64,000 nt of DNA, taken from the human T2T-CHM13v2.0 reference genome, Homo sapiens. The stretch is from NCBI RefSeq assembly GCF_009914755.1, contig NC_060940.1; one strand, 5' to 3'. Position numbers and translations under genes: made by a program. The first letter of the stretch is position 1. Every line of letters starts with the position of its first letter. This document shows positions 32,567 through 47,024 of the stretch, piece by piece. The notes beneath the pieces were generated by a model. That model did not search any database. It was not told the origin of the DNA and was given only the letters and a program-made list of their open reading frames with translations.

Positions 32567-32881
32567 TTTTACAAAAAATTATATAGCCACGAATTGTATA
32601 ATCAAGAGGAAATGGGTTAATTTCTTGACACATGCAACCTACCAACACTGAATTATGAAGAAATAGAAAATCTCAACCAATCAATAAGGATTAATCAGAT
32701 CAAATCAGTAATAAATAGATAAATAGTGTCCTATCACAAAGTCCAGGCTTTACTGCTGAATCCTACCAAACTTTTAAAGAACTAATACCAATTCTTCTGA
32801 AACCTCTTCAAAAAAATTGAAGAAGAAAGAATACCTCCAAACTCATCTTACAAGGTCAGCATCACCTTGATACTAGCAAAC

Positions 32882-32977
32882 CAGGCCAGGCTGGCCTGGA
32901 ACTTCTGACGCTAGGTGATTCGCCTGCCTCGGCCTCCCACAGTGCTGGGATTAGAGGCATGAGCCACAGCCCCAGCC
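32882..32977 (-). mobile_element. Alu left-arm fragment
   Basis: Partial left monomer flanked by CTAGCAAACCA direct repeats. Confidence 0.8.
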
Positions 32978-33292
32978 TAGCAAACCAAATTTAACAGCAC
33001 ATTAAAAATATCATTCACCATGATCAAGTAGGATTCATCCCAGGGATGCAAGGATGTTTCAACATACATAATCAATAAATGTGATAGATCACATTAACAG
33101 AATTAAGGACAAAAACCACATAATCATTTCAATAGATGCAGAAAGAGCATTTGACAAAATTCAGCATCTTTTATGCTAAACATTCTCAAGAAATTAGGTA
33201 TAGAAGCTTACCTCTCAACACAATAAAGGCCATATATGACAAACCCACAGCTAACATCATACTCAAAGGGGAGATGAAAGTTTTTCCCTTTA

Positions 33293-33639
<347 letters not shown>

Positions 33640-34881
33640 TTGGAACAAGACAAGAATACCTATTCTTACCACCTCCATCCAATATAGTACTGAAGGTCCC
33701 AGTCAGACCAATTTGTCAAGAGGAAGAAATCAAAGCCATCCAAATTGGAAAAGAAAAAGTTAAATTGTACCTGTTTGCAGATGAGATAATTTTATGTATA
33801 GAAAACTCTGAAAAATTGAAAAATTGTTATAAACAAATTCACTAAAGTTGCAGGATACAAAATCAACATATAAAAACAAATAACATTTCTGTACACTAAT
33901 AGCAAACTATCTGAAAAAGAAATCAAGAAAACAATCTCATTTGTAATAGCTACAAGAAAACCTTGGGAATAAATTTAACCAAGGAGGTGAAAGATCTCTA
34001 CACTGAAAAGTACAAAACATTGATAAAAGAAATGAAAGAAGACAGGAAAAATGGAAAGATATCCTATGTTCATGAATGGCAAGAATTAATACTGTTAAAA
34101 TGTTCATTCTACCCAAAGTGTTGTATAGATTGAATGCAATCCCTATCAAAATACCAATGACATTTTTCACAGAAATAGGAAATAAAAAACCCTAAAATTG
34201 ATATGAAACCACCAAAGACTCTAAACAGCCAAAGCAATCTGAGTAAACAAACAAGCAACAACAGAAAAACCAAATCTGGATTCATCACATTACCTGACTT
34301 GAAAATATACTGCAAAGTTACAGTAACCAAAGCAGTATAAAAACAGAAGCTGGAAAAAAAAATAGAAATGTACAGCAATGGAACAGAATACAAAGCCAAG
34401 AAATGAACCTGTTCATTTATAGCCAATCGATTTTTGTTAAAGACGCTCAGCACACACAATGGGGGGAAGTCTCTTCAATAAAGGGTGTTGGGAAAACTGG
34501 ATATCCACATGCAGAAAAATAAAATTATCTCACACCATATGCAAAAATTAACTCAAAATGGATTAAAGATTTAATGTAAGAACCAAATTATGAAATTACT
34601 CAAAGATGATATGGGGAAAAATTCCATGACATTGGTCTGGGCAATGATTTTTATAGATATGATCCCAAAAGCACAGACTAAGAAAGCAAAAATAGCAAAT
34701 TTAAAAGCTTCTGCACAGCAATGGAAACAATCAACACAGTGAAGAGACAATCTACAGAACGGGGAAAAATATTTGCAGACTGTACATGGGATACGAGGTT
34801 AATATCCAAAGTATATAAGGAGTTCAGACAATTCAACGGCAAGAAAAAAAAAAGCCCAATTAAATAACGGGAACAGAATCC

Positions 34882-35240
34882 GGCTATAATTTGAGTTTGT
34901 CCCCACCAAAACCTTTGTTGAAATTTGATTTCCAACGTGGTGGTATTGGGAGGTGGGACCTAGTGGGAGTTGCTTGGGCTGTGGGGGTAGGTCCCTCATG
35001 AATAAGTTGGTGCTATTCTTGTGGTAGTGAGTGAGTTCTTGCTCTGGAAATACTGGATTAGTTCTGGTGGGAATGGACTAGTTCTCCTGAGAGTGGGTTA
35101 TAAAGCCAGGATGCCCCTTCGGTTTTGCTTCTCCTTTGATCTTCTCTGCCATGTCATGATTCAGCAGAGAAATCCTTGCCAGAAGCCAGGGCCACGCCCT
35201 TGAACTTCCCAGCCTGCAGGACCTTAAGCTAAATAAACTT
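34882..35240 (+). mobile_element. MST-family MaLR LTR, 3' end truncated
   Basis: TTTGTCCCCACCAAAACC...TTGAACTTCCCAGCCTGCAG...AAATAAAC. Confidence 0.82.
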
Positions 35241-38200
35241 AGGAAATGAGTTTTGGAGAAGCTTGGAGAAATTACTGTTTCCAGGGCTGGGACAGTGAAG
35301 GTTCCAGAACTTGGGTCATCTTGTAGTGCTGAAATGTAAGTACTAAAACAACTTACAGAGACTTACCAAAAGGACACAAGCCTGCTTAAAGGGGATGTCA
35401 CTGGCCAGACCTGGTAAAAATTGAAAATCAAAATAAATAAGGATAATAATGTACTATAACTCATTAAATAAAATAGTAATCAATGAATCTACACTGAGAG
35501 TAAATAGATAAGTGGATGGATGAACAGATGGATAGAAAGAAAGATAGAAAGATGGAAAGAAAGATAAAAATATAGATAAATAGACAAATAAAGGGAAAAT
35601 ATTATTCCTTCAGTAAATGACCAATTGATAAATGTGGAGGGAATGATAGAGTTGGAAAATCATCGTTTAAAACTCAGTATATGAAAGACTTCTTCAGATA
35701 ATAATTGTCAATAGATTCTGTATAAGGAGATGAAAATGTGATTAGGAACAGGATGCATGAGATGAAAGTGTCTCCCTTCAAATAATGTAATAGTTACAAG
35801 TGGATGATAGCAATTACACAGAGAAATTGAACAATGCCTTTATCACATGAGCAAAATGAAAATTACCAATGAGGAGACAGAATCACATCATGTGACCCCA
35901 GCTGCACTTTCCTGAGAATACGTCATTTTTACAATATTTCATCCAGGAATGTATAACATGAATCTAATCACAAGGAAACATCAGGCCAACCCAAATTGAG
36001 GGAGGATCTATACTTGCCACGTTTTACAAAAATGTTTGTTATAAGAAATAAAATGCTAAGAACTGTTTCCAGATTAAAGGAGACTAAAGAGCTATAACAA
36101 TTAAATGTAATATGTGACTCTGAACTGGATCCTCTATTGGAGGGAAAAAAATGTCTTAGAAGACATTATTAGGACAACTGGCAAAATTAACTTATATTGT
36201 GAAGTAGATAAAAGTGATATATCAATGTTAAAATTCCTAACCTTGATAACTGAAACATAACACATGAGAATATCCTTGTTTTGAAAAAACATACAGTAAA
36301 TACTAGGGGATAAATTGGTATAATATATGCAAACTTCTGAAATCAGAAAGAATTAGAAAAACAGGAGGAGAGAAACGTGAATGATAAAATGAATGTGGCA
36401 TGGTAAAATGTGAAAAACTGGTAAATCTTGTTAAAAGATGTTTGGGAGTTTTATGCATTAATCTTATAAATGTTCTGACAATTAATTACTTTCTCAAAAT
36501 TAAAAAGTTAAAAATAACTGTGGGTAAAATTATAAATTGGTACTGATGTCAACTTTTTGATATTATGAAATACATGTACTAGTTGACAGAGCAATTATTC
36601 TGCTTTTATATATACATACCCAAACACACAAGTATATATACATGTATACACGTATATATATATATGTATACTCACACACGCACTCCCAAATTGAAAATAA
36701 CCTATATGTCCATCAGTCGAGGAATTATTTAATATCTTATTATAGATGCAGCCTCTGTAATACTCTGTAGTCATTAAAAGGAGTAGGGTAGATCTATGTG
36801 TACTGATAGGAAAAGTCTCCTAAATATTTGGAACAACAAGAATTTAGTAAATAATGTTATTTATTATATAATCTGATTTGCATTTATAACGGAAGAAAAA
36901 GGCTAGTGCCTATCAAACTGATAACCATGGTAACTTAGGGCAAATTTATACTTTGGGATAGATTTGGTTCTGAATGGATGTTTGTAAGCCCCATATGTTA
37001 ATTAAGTCCAAAGTAACTAAGACAGATTTAAACTTGTGGTCTCCATTGCATTTCTGCCTAACAGGAATGTGAATCAATTCTTTTGAAGCTTGAGAAGCAG
37101 GCATATTCTTCGCCTTCTTACACATATATTTTCTAGCAGATTTATTTTCCTCAAATAGATAAATTTTGTCTTCCGTGGAAATCAGTTAAGGTAGATATTT
37201 GTCTCTTCCTGCATAATCTTTGCTAGTGACATACATTCATTATTCTCCAGCAGTTTGAAGTCTACCTGTGCTAGTTTGCCATTCACATTGATGGTGTGCA
37301 GATTCAGATATGCCCAAAATCCAGGTGGGAATCACCTGTGAGACAGAGAAGTCAGAGGCCACCCTTTTACAAACTACTGATTTTTAAATTCTCTGTATCA
37401 ATTAACACCAGGTGAGTGGCTGGGCATCTGACTTTGATGTTGATCCTATTGCCATAGATTCAAGGTGGGGTTTTTTTGCCCCTTCACTTAGCTGTTTTTT
37501 ATTTTTATTTTTTCCCCACTTCTTGATGAATATGGTAGATTTCATAGCCACAATTCTCTTCTGGTCTTACGCAATTCATTCTTACCTCCAAATCATCCAT
37601 GCTCTTCTATAATTTGCACAGGATACATGTGCCACGTTCCTCATTCTCTCCCCTTTCATTTCCATACATCTCTCATTTGTTTCCTTTTTATTTCTGCTCC
37701 CTTTCCTAGTAACTTGGCCAATGTCCTTGCTGCTATTTCACTTCTGTCAATAATACTTGTAAGATATCTGAACACTAACGGTAAGCGTGGCAAATACACT
37801 ACAAACTGAGCCTCTGCAGAAAGACCAGGGCGAACAGGACCATAGGGTCAGTGGGCAACTTGATGCCCTTTTACTTTGAAGAGTAGCTTTCATTATATCT
37901 ACGAGAATTTGTAAGCTCAATATTTCTTAATAGAGGAGCTTCCAATTTCATCTGTATTCTTGGATTTATTTTTTGTTTGACTTACTAGTATGTACTCATA
38001 TTTTATTTTGTAATTAACAAACAGAAAATAAAAAAGAAAGGAAGATAGCTTATAATTGTGTTATTTACTGGCAGGCAGAATTGCATTTCCGCACATTTTT
38101 ATTCTCTTGTGAAAAATGTTTTTGGTTTCTTGTTTGTTTGTTTTGATCTAATCATGGTTGGAGAGTCCTTTGTGTCCAGAAATACAACTGACTCTTGTCT

Positions 38201-38383
38201 TTTATGTAAAAGAACATTGTTTAACTGGGGGCCCTGCCAAGTTCTGGCCCCAGTTAGAAGCCCTAACCCTGTGGAAAGATATATTCCAGAAAACTGAGCC
38301 AAATCAGAATACCTCAAGGGACTGTAAAAAGGTAAAACAATTGAAGGAGTTTCACATGGTATGCATTAAGAATAAGTGATCAT

Positions 38384-38671
38384 GGCTGGGTGCAGTGGCT
38401 CACACTTGTAATCTCAGTACTTTGGGAGGCTGAGGCGGGCAGATCAGTTGAGGTCAGGAGTTCGAGACCAGCCTGGCCAACGTGGTGAAACCCTGTCTCT
38501 ACTAAAAATACAAATATTGGCCAGGTGTCATGGCACGCATCTGTAATCCCAGCTACTTGGGAGGCTGAGACACAAGAATCACTTGAACCTGAGAGACAGA
38601 GCTTGCGGTGAGCCAAGATGGTGCCACTGCACTCCAGCCTGAGCGATAGAGTGAGACTGAAAAAAAAAAAA
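38384..38671 (+). mobile_element. AluS SINE
   Basis: Full dimer; TSD GAATAAGTGAT(C/T)AT. Confidence 0.96.
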
Positions 38672-38871
38672 GTGAATAAGTGATTATATAAATATAGGTT
38701 GAAAACACATGCACATATAAAATAAGTTTCTAATAAAGAAGACATATCATGTTAAAATACTGATTTAGAAACAATAAATCTACAATTTCAAAGTGAACAC
38801 CAAAGATTAGGTGAGGGAAATGTTGCAAGGAGCTGAGAGTAAAAACTGGATAATTTATTTTATGTGGAAGG

Positions 38872-39585
38872 TGTGATTGGCAATTTTTTTTTTTTTTGAG
38901 ACAGGTCTCATTCTGTCATCTAGGCTGGAGTGCAGTGGTTTGATCACGGCTCACTGCAGCCTCAACCTCCCCAGGCTCAGGTAATCCTCCCACCTCAGCC
39001 TCCTGAGTAGCTGGGACTATAGGTACATACCACCACATCCAGCGAACTTCTATATCTTTTGTAGAGATGAGGTCTTGCTGTGTTGTCCTGGCTGGTCTTG
39101 AACTCCTGGACTCAAGCGATCCACCCACCTCAGTCTCCCAAAGTGCTGGGATTACAGGCATAAGCCACTGAGCCTGGCCCGATGAGTAATTTTATGTGTC
39201 AACTTGACCGTTTACGAGATGCTCACATATTTGGTACAACATTCTGGCTGTGTCTGAGAGGGTGTTTCTGGGTTGACTGAGTTGGTGGACTGAGATAGAG
39301 ATTTGATCCAATCTGTTGAAGGCCTGAATAGAACAAAAAGGCTCACCTTCCCCTGAGTAAGGAGGAATTTTCATTTTCCCTGTCTTTAGACTGGAACTAA
39401 AAAAATAGCTCTTCTCATGCCCAGGACTTTGAATTTGAACTGGATTTACACCATCAGCCTCCTTGTGAACTGCAGATCTTGGGGGCTTGTCAGGCTTTAT
39501 AATCATCTGAGCCACTTCCTCGTAATAAATTACTTTACATATCTCCTATTGGTTCTGTTTTTTTCTGGAGAATCCTGACTAACAT
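38872..39585 (+). mobile_element. MLT2 (ERVL) solo LTR interrupted near its 5' end by an AluJ
   Basis: TAATTTTATGTGTCAACTTGAC start motif and CTCCTATTGGTTCTGTT...CCTGACTAACA end motif. Confidence 0.85.
38884..39180 (-). mobile_element. AluJ SINE
   Basis: Poly-T followed by AluJ arms. Confidence 0.95.
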
Positions 39586-39977
39586 AAGAGGAGTTAATGC
39601 TCTTTTATTTATGATGTTTAAATTTAATTATTTGAAATTCTTAGTTATGACTCTAGGAGGCAGACTACTTGCTGTTTGTCCAAATCCACATTTTCCTCCC
39701 AGTCCTGGGCACACAGCTAAGCTCAGTGGCCCAGCTGTTTGCAGTGAGGTGTGGTGCGGGACTAACTTTCCATTGGCACCTTAATGGAATGGGAGTGAAA
39801 ACGATGTGCACTTTTTCCAGGCTGGAACTTCTGTCCAGGTGTGTCTTCTGTCTGCATCCTTTTTCTCCTTGTGCAGTTTGGTTTCAGGCAATGATAATGC
39901 CCTCGGGGTGCCAGAGCCAACACAGACAAGATTCTGGGGAACTGACGCATTCTCTGAAGGACAGCCATCTGCCAAAC

Positions 39978-40574
39978 TGTTACCAGAAAGGGGTCTCCAT
40001 CCAGACCCCAAGAGAGGGTTCTTGGATCTCCCGCAAGAAAGAATTTGAGGTTAATCTGTAAAGTGAAAGCACGTTTATTAGAGAAGTAAAGAAACAAAAG
40101 AATAGCTACTCCAACAGGCGGAGGCTGCTGGTTGACCATTTTTGTGGTTATTTCTTGATTATATGCTAAACAAGCTGTGGATTATTCATGAGTTTTCCAG
40201 GAAAGGGGTGAGCAATTCCCAGAACTGAGTGTCCCTCCCCTTTTTAGACCATATAGGGTAACTTCCTGACATTGCCATGGTATTTGTAAAGTGTCCTGGC
40301 GCTGGTGGGAGTGTCTCTTAGCATGCTAATGCATTATCATTAGCATATAATGAGCAGTGAGGACGACTACAGGTTACTTTCATTGCTATCTTGGTTTTGG
40401 CCAACTTTTTTACTGTAAGCTGTCTTATCAGCCAGGTCTTTATGACCTGTATCTTGTGCCGATCTCCTGTCATCCTGTGACTTAGACTGCCTAACCTCCT
40501 GGGAATGAAGCCCAGTAGGTCTCAGCCTCATTTTACCCAGCCCCTATTCCAGACGGAGTTGCTCTGGTTCAAAC
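39978..40574 (-). mobile_element. MER41 (B-like) ERV1 solo LTR
   Basis: TGTTACCAGAAAGGGGTC...CAGACCCCAAGAGAGGGTTCTTGGATCTC and GGAGTTGCTCTGGTTCAAAC termini; includes the tandem-GAS segment. Confidence 0.9.
40195..40224. promoter_or_regulatory. Tandem GAS (STAT) motifs
   Basis: TTCCAGGAA (40195-40203) and TTCCCAGAA (40216-40224), both TTCN3GAA; function untested. Confidence 0.65.
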
Positions 40575-40804
40575 ATCACACTCTGGGGACTGTTGTGGGG
40601 TGGGGGGAGGGGGGAGGGATAGCATTGGGAGATATACCTAATGCTAGATGACGAGTTAGTGGGTGCAGCACACCAGCATGGCACATGTATACGTATGTAA
40701 CTAACCTGCACAATGTGCACATGTACCCTAAAACTTAAAGTATAATAATAAAAAATAAATAAATAAATAAATAAAAAATAAAATATTCACTGTAAAAAAA
40801 AAAA
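40572..40804 (+). mobile_element. Young 5'-truncated L1 3' end (L1PA2/3-like)
   Basis: GCATTGGGAGATATACCTAATGCTAGATGACGAGTTAGTGGG (GAG diagnostic rather than the Ta ACA), (TAAA)n tail and a second A-tract. Confidence 0.95.
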
Positions 40805-40875
40805 CTGCCATAGCCACCTTGGCCTATAAAGTGACCACAGATAAATTTTTACTGCATTTGAGCCATTCTTTTTAG

Positions 40876-41046
<171 letters not shown>

Positions 41047-41156
41047 TAACTAACATAGGCATATTTAAACACACAAAAATATGATATTACCTATATTTGT
41101 GGTCCTAATACCTAAAATATACAGATGTTACATTTTGCCATATTTGCTTTACATGT

Positions 41157-41495
41157 TGTGTTGGTTTACTAAAGCTTCCCTAACAAAATCCCATAGACCA
41201 AGTGGCTTAAACCACAGAAACATATATTCTCACAATTCTGGAGGCTAGAAGTCTGAGATCAAGGTGTTGGCAGGGCTGGTTTCTTCTGAGGTCCCTCTTT
41301 TTGGCTTGTGGATGGTCATCATCCTGATCTTCTACAAGGATATCATTCATATTGGATTAGGACCCACCTATATGACTTCATTTTACCTTAATCACCTCTT
41401 TAAAGGCCCTGTCTCCAAATACGGTCACATTCTGAGATACTGGGGTTAAGACTTCAACATGCGAATTTTGGGGAGATACAATTCAGCTCATAAAA
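41157..41495 (-). mobile_element. MLT1A/B-like MaLR LTR
   Basis: CTCACAATTCTGGAGGCTAGAAGTCTGAGATCAAGGTG and GGTCACATTCTGAGATACTGGGGTTAAGACTTCAAC motifs. Confidence 0.85.
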
Positions 41496-41765
41496 ACGTC
41501 TTTGTTTTTAAGGAGTAAAATATTGCAGTTACACCTCCAACTTCATTTTTCCAGTTCATTATCTTTCATCTTAGGTATGAATGCCCTGAAATTAATATGA
41601 AACATTCTGAGAATATATATGTGTATGTATAGAATATTAACAAACTATTATAATTTTATGCATTTTTAAAATGTACATAAATGGCATCATGCTGCACGTA
41701 TCCTTCTGTGATCACCCCTTATTAATCAATCAGCTTTCTTAGCTATATCCATGTTAAGATATGTA

Positions 41766-42072
41766 GGCCGGGTGCGGTGGCTCACACCTGTAATCCCAGC
41801 ACTTTGGGAGGCTGAGGCGGGTGGATCACAAGATCAGGAGATCGAGACCATCCTGGCTAATACAGCGAAACCCCATCTCTACTAAAAAAAAAAAAACAAA
41901 AACAAAAAATTAGCCGGGCATGGTGGCGGGTGCCTGTAGTCACAGGCTGCTCGGGAGGCTGAGGCAGGAGAATGGCATGAACCCTGGAGGCAGAGCTTGC
42001 AGTGAGCCGAGATTGCGCCACTGCACTCCAGCCTGGGCGACAGAGCGAGACTCCATCTCAAAAAAAAAAAAA
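41766..42072 (+). mobile_element. AluY SINE
   Basis: AGAATGGCATGAAC and GAGCTTGCAG diagnostics; near-TSD AAGATATGTA/AAGATGTGGA. Confidence 0.95.
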
Positions 42073-42494
42073 GATGTGGAGAACTGGTTTGTTCTCTTTA
42101 ACTGCAGAATCACATTACAATATATGAATAAACTTCAGCAATCCATTTCCTTACTGATGGAACAATTGTTTCCCGTTATACTATGCAAAGCAACACTCTA
42201 CATACGTCTTGTGTTTAGAAGTGAGCATTTTTTAGTGAAGACACCAGGAAGTGGTGTTTGGTCGTACAATGACCCATGTTTACTTTGACCTGATACTGTT
42301 ACAGGTATTTCTTCTCCAGTGCAGTTGTGCCAATTTACATTCCTTTCAGAAATATGTGATATTATTTTCCTCTACATTCTTGCTAAGATTTGAAGCTAAA
42401 AGACATTACATTTTGCCACTCTAAAGAGCATGACATGGAATATCACCTGTGTTTTAATTTTCACTTTTCTGATTAATAGCGAGGTTGAATATAA

Positions 42495-42934
<440 letters not shown>

Positions 42935-43156
42935 CCCTTTTGTATATATTCTGAATATTAAGGCATTCTCCCAGGTTATTTTTTCTTTCATCCTTTTAAT
43001 GGCATCCTTTGATTAAAATAAATTTAAAACATAGGCCAATTCAGTCTTTGTCAGTCTTTTCCTCTATGACATATGCTTTTTGTTTTCTGTTTATGACACT
43101 CCTACCTGAATGTTATAGGGATAATATCCTATGTTTTCTTACAAAACCGAAAAAGC

Positions 43157-43161
43157 TTTTC

Positions 43162-43192
<31 letters not shown>

Positions 43193-43485
43193 CTTTTCTT
43201 TTCTTTTCTTTTCTTTTCAGAGAGGGTCTTTTCTGTTGCTCAGGCCGGACTGCAGTGGTGCAATTATGGCTCACTGCAGCCTCGACCTCCTGGGCTGAAG
43301 TGATCATCCCATCCCAGCCTAAGTGGCTGGGATTGCAGACCCAAGCCACCATACCCATTTATTTTTTATAGAGACAGGGTACCCCTATGTTGCCCAGGCT
43401 GGTCTTGAACCCCTGGGCCTAAACAATTCTCTTGTTTTGGCCTCCCAAAGTGCTGGGATTACAGGTGTGAGCCACTGCACCCGCC
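43157..43485 (-). mobile_element. AluJ with (TTTTC)n tail
   Basis: (TTTTC)n array 43157-43218 followed by AluJ arms. Confidence 0.92.
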
Positions 43486-43639
43486 CATAAGCTTTTCTTT
43501 TCATAGTTATGTCTTTAATCTGTCTAGATTTTCTTTTCTGTCTGGTGGCAGGGGGAAACTGGTTTTCTCTTCTTGCTTATGATTTGCCTAATGCCTTATT
43601 TAATAAATAGCTCATTTTTTTTCTCACTTATAATACCTC

Positions 43640-44140
<501 letters not shown>

Positions 44141-44324
44141 TATTAGTTTGCTTGCCATTTATTGTTTATTTCTAAGTACTTATTGGAATTTATTGTAGTT
44201 CTGAATAAGTCTTTTACAGTTATATTTTCTTTACAGTTATATTTATTCTTTTACAGTTATATTTTCAAGTTGTATCCTGATTGTATATAGAAATGCAGTT
44301 ACTCTTTCAATTTTGAATTTTTGT

Positions 44325-44460
44325 TTTTAATGTTTTTTGGTAGAAATGGGGTCTTGTAATGTTGCCCAGGCTGGTCTTGAACTCCTGGCCTCAAGTGATC
44401 CTCCTGCTTCAGCCTCCCAAAGTGCTGGGATTACAGGTGTGAGCCTCTGCACTTGACCTG
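44325..44460 (-). mobile_element. FLAM/Alu left monomer
   Basis: Single monomer. Confidence 0.85.
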
Positions 44461-44963
44461 TATTTTGAATTTTATTCACCAGCTTTGCCAAGCTTTTTTG
44501 TTGGTAGATTTTCTTTTGCCAATAAACATATAGTTGGCAAATAATAATCTGTTTATTTCTTCCCAACTCTCATGTCCTTATTATGTTTTCTTATCTTACT
44601 GCATTAACTGCAGATGCCAGTATACTGATGAATAGAAGCTACATTGGAAGGCACACTTGCATTGTTCCTTCCATTAAATGGTTTGGTTTTAATATTTCAT
44701 CACGTTTTATCATAATGTTAACTGTAGTTTTTGGCAAATACTTGTTTTTCTCTTAGGGAAGTTGCCTTCAATTTAAGTTGCTAAGTGTATGTATAATGAG
44801 TGAAATGGATGGATGTTGCACATACTAAAAATAATGTCCTTCTTTCTTTACCTGGTTAATCCAATTTTTTCTTTATACTGCATATAGACATACATGTCCC
44901 TTCCTCTGTGAAGGGTTCTCTCATGCCTGTACTCTAGGTTAGGTGCTTTAACAATGTGCTTCC

Positions 44964-45870
44964 TTTACACTGTTGGTGGGACTGTAAACTAGTTAAACTA
45001 TTGTGGAAGATAGTGTGGCAATTCCTCAAGTATCTAGAACTAGTAATACCATTTGACCCAGCCATCCCATTACTGGGTATATACCCAAAGGATTATAAAT
45101 CATGCTGCTGTAAAGACACATGCGGCCAGGTGCGGTGGCTCATGCCTGTAATCCCAGCACTTTGGGAGGCCGAGGTGGGTGGATCACGAGGTCAAGAGAT
45201 CGAGACTACCCTGGCCAACATGGTGAAACCCCATCTCTACTAAAAATACAAAAACTTAGCCGGATGTGGTAGCAGGTGCCTGTAGTCCCAGCTACTCGGG
45301 AGGCTGAGGAGGAGAATGGCATGAACCTGGGAGGTGGAGCTTGCAGTGAGCCAAAATCGTGCCACTGCATTCCAGCCTGGGTGACAGAGCGAGACTCCGT
45401 CTCAAAAAAAAAAAAAAAAAAAAACGACACATGCACACATATGTTTATTGCAGCACTATTCATAATAGCAAAGACTTGGAACCAATCCAAATGTCCATTG
45501 ATGATGGACTAGATTAAGAAAATGTGGCACATATACACCATGGAATACTATGCAGCCATAAAAAAGGATGACTTCATGTCCTTTGTAGGGACATGGATGA
45601 AGCTGGAAACCATCATTCTGAGCAAACACTGCATGTTCTCACTCATAGGTGGGAATTGAACAATGAGAACACTTGGACACAGGGTGGGGAACACCACACA
45701 CCGGGGCCTGTTGTGGGGTGGGGGGAGGGGGGAGGGATAGCATTAGGAGAAATACCTAATGTAAATGACGAGTTAATGGGTGCAGCACACCAACATGGCA
45801 CATGTATACGTACGTAACAAACCTGCACGTTGTGCACATGTACCCTAGAACTTAAAGTATGTATTAAAAA
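44964..45870 (+). mobile_element. 5'-truncated L1PA (ORF2 C-terminus and 3' UTR) with TSD
   Basis: HCWWDCKLV/PFDPAIPLLGIYPKDYKSC motif; TSD AATGTGCTTCC at 44953-44963 and 45870-45880. Confidence 0.95.
45124..45424 (+). mobile_element. Alu (Y/Sc-like) nested in L1PA
   Basis: Full dimer; TSD AA(A/C)GACACATGC. Confidence 0.96.
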
Positions 45871-45917
45871 ATGTGCTTCCACAGCAGGGCATTCTGTATT
45901 CTCTCTCTCTCTCTCTT

Positions 45918-46207
45918 GTTTTAGAGATGGCATCTTTCTCTGTCACCCAGGTTGGAATGCAATGGTGTGATCATAGCTCACTGCAGCCTCCAACTCCTGG
46001 GCTCAAGTGATCCTTCTGCCTCAAACTCTTGATAAGCTAGGACTACAGAGGTGCACCACTGCACCAGGCTAATTTTTTAAATATTTTGTAGAGATGGTGG
46101 TCTTACTATGTTGCTCAGGCTGGTCTGAAACTCCTGGCCTCAAGTGATCTTCTCACCTCCACCTCCCAGAGCACCGGGATTACAGGCGTGAGCCACCATG
46201 CCTAACT
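45918..46207 (-). mobile_element. AluJ SINE
   Basis: Diverged dimer; TSD CTGTATT(C/T)TCTCTCT. Confidence 0.92.
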
Positions 46208-47024
46208 GTATTTTCTCTCTTTTAGTACTTGTCTCACTTTATTAAACTTTAATGAGGACAGAGACCTTGCTGTCTGTCTCACTACTTTATCGTCAATGTC
46301 TAATCCAGGGCCAGGAATATACTAGTCGCTTAAAAATGACAATTGAAAGAATGAATAAATAAGTGAAACAAAAGAAGAGCAAGAGGTTTATAAAACTGAA
46401 CAAAGCAGCATTAGACGTCAAAACACTAATCCAGTTCCAGGTTTGTGAAGGGTTTATGTCAATGAAATTACAGAAGGTCCAATAAGATAAAATATTTGAA
46501 TTAATGGAGATTGGCCCCCTATATTTCTAGATGGGAAAATTCCAACATTATGGATTTATTATGACATTGGAGTTTCAAACTGTTGAGAAATAACCAGTGC
46601 TAGGAAAAAAAAGAAAGAGTTAGATAGCTTGGTAAAACTATACACAAACATGAATTTCAGATGGTTTAAACATTTGTGTGTAGAAAATAAACAAAAAATG
46701 TCCTAGAAGAAAGTATAGATGAATGTTTACACAGTTTGAGGGATGCCTTTTTCCATCAAAGGTAAAATACACAAAAAACATCACTGAGACATTGACTACA
46801 TAATAATGAAAAACATATGTCATCAGAAACACTAAAACCAGTTAATTGGTAAAGGCAAATTGGTAAGTCAATAATTGGAAGATATCTGTTAGAAAAAAAA
46901 ACCAGATACCTCTAATAAAAAAAGACTTTTTTGAATCAACGAGCTAGCAACCAAGCAATAGAAAACTTATAAAAATACAATAAACAGGCAAATAAACATA
47001 AAACATGAAAGATAAATGTCAGAT

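Noticed and set aside
37330-37420. Consensus donor CAG|GTGAGT at 37411/37412 (similar GTAAGT donors at ~17914 and ~18041) as lncRNA exons
   Set aside because: Such motifs occur often by chance, and no exon chain can be supported without transcript data.
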